A DNA stretch of 25,638 nt from a virus (taxonomy: Duplodnaviria; Caudoviricetes). The translations under genes and the position numbers were made by a program. Below the pieces are notes generated by a model. The model was not told the origin of the DNA, did no database searches, and saw nothing but the letters and a program-made list of their open reading frames with translations. The DNA lies in the IMG/VR virus record IMGVR_UViG_3300005662_000208, positions 1-25,638 of that record. The stretch is one strand, 5' to 3'. The first letter of the stretch is position 1. The number at the start of each line of letters is the position of its first letter. Positions 25,637-25,638 of this stretch are shown in pieces.

Positions 25637-25638
25637 CT

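Overview
Fragment of a T4-like cyanomyovirus genome (the GC-rich end hints at a picocyanobacterial host). All credible genes lie on the minus strand. In transcription order (right to left): (1) a GC-rich (about 60-75% in sampled lines) array at 24650-25638 of tiny genes, each with its own copy of a repeated extended -10 promoter/leader, including a solitary HicA-family toxin and a KTSC-like protein; (2) an abrupt switch to AT-rich DNA (about 30% GC by eye) with an AbrB/MazE-like gene, a GT-A glycosyltransferase behind a near-consensus sigma70 promoter, a 62-aa hypothetical, a 50-aa very basic peptide, speD and an 82-aa gene with a structured leader; (3) the late baseplate module gp25-gp6-gp7 (3566 aa)-gp8-DUF4815/VrlC-like protein (2421 aa), with T4-type late promoters; (4) a 66-aa conserved ORF, a 54-aa NblA-like ORF and the start of a small structural gene. 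Three real-looking ORFs under 60 aa (107-271, 23140-23292, 24276-24446) and two partial edge ORFs are absent from the supplied ORF track. All family assignments come from motif recognition, not database searches.
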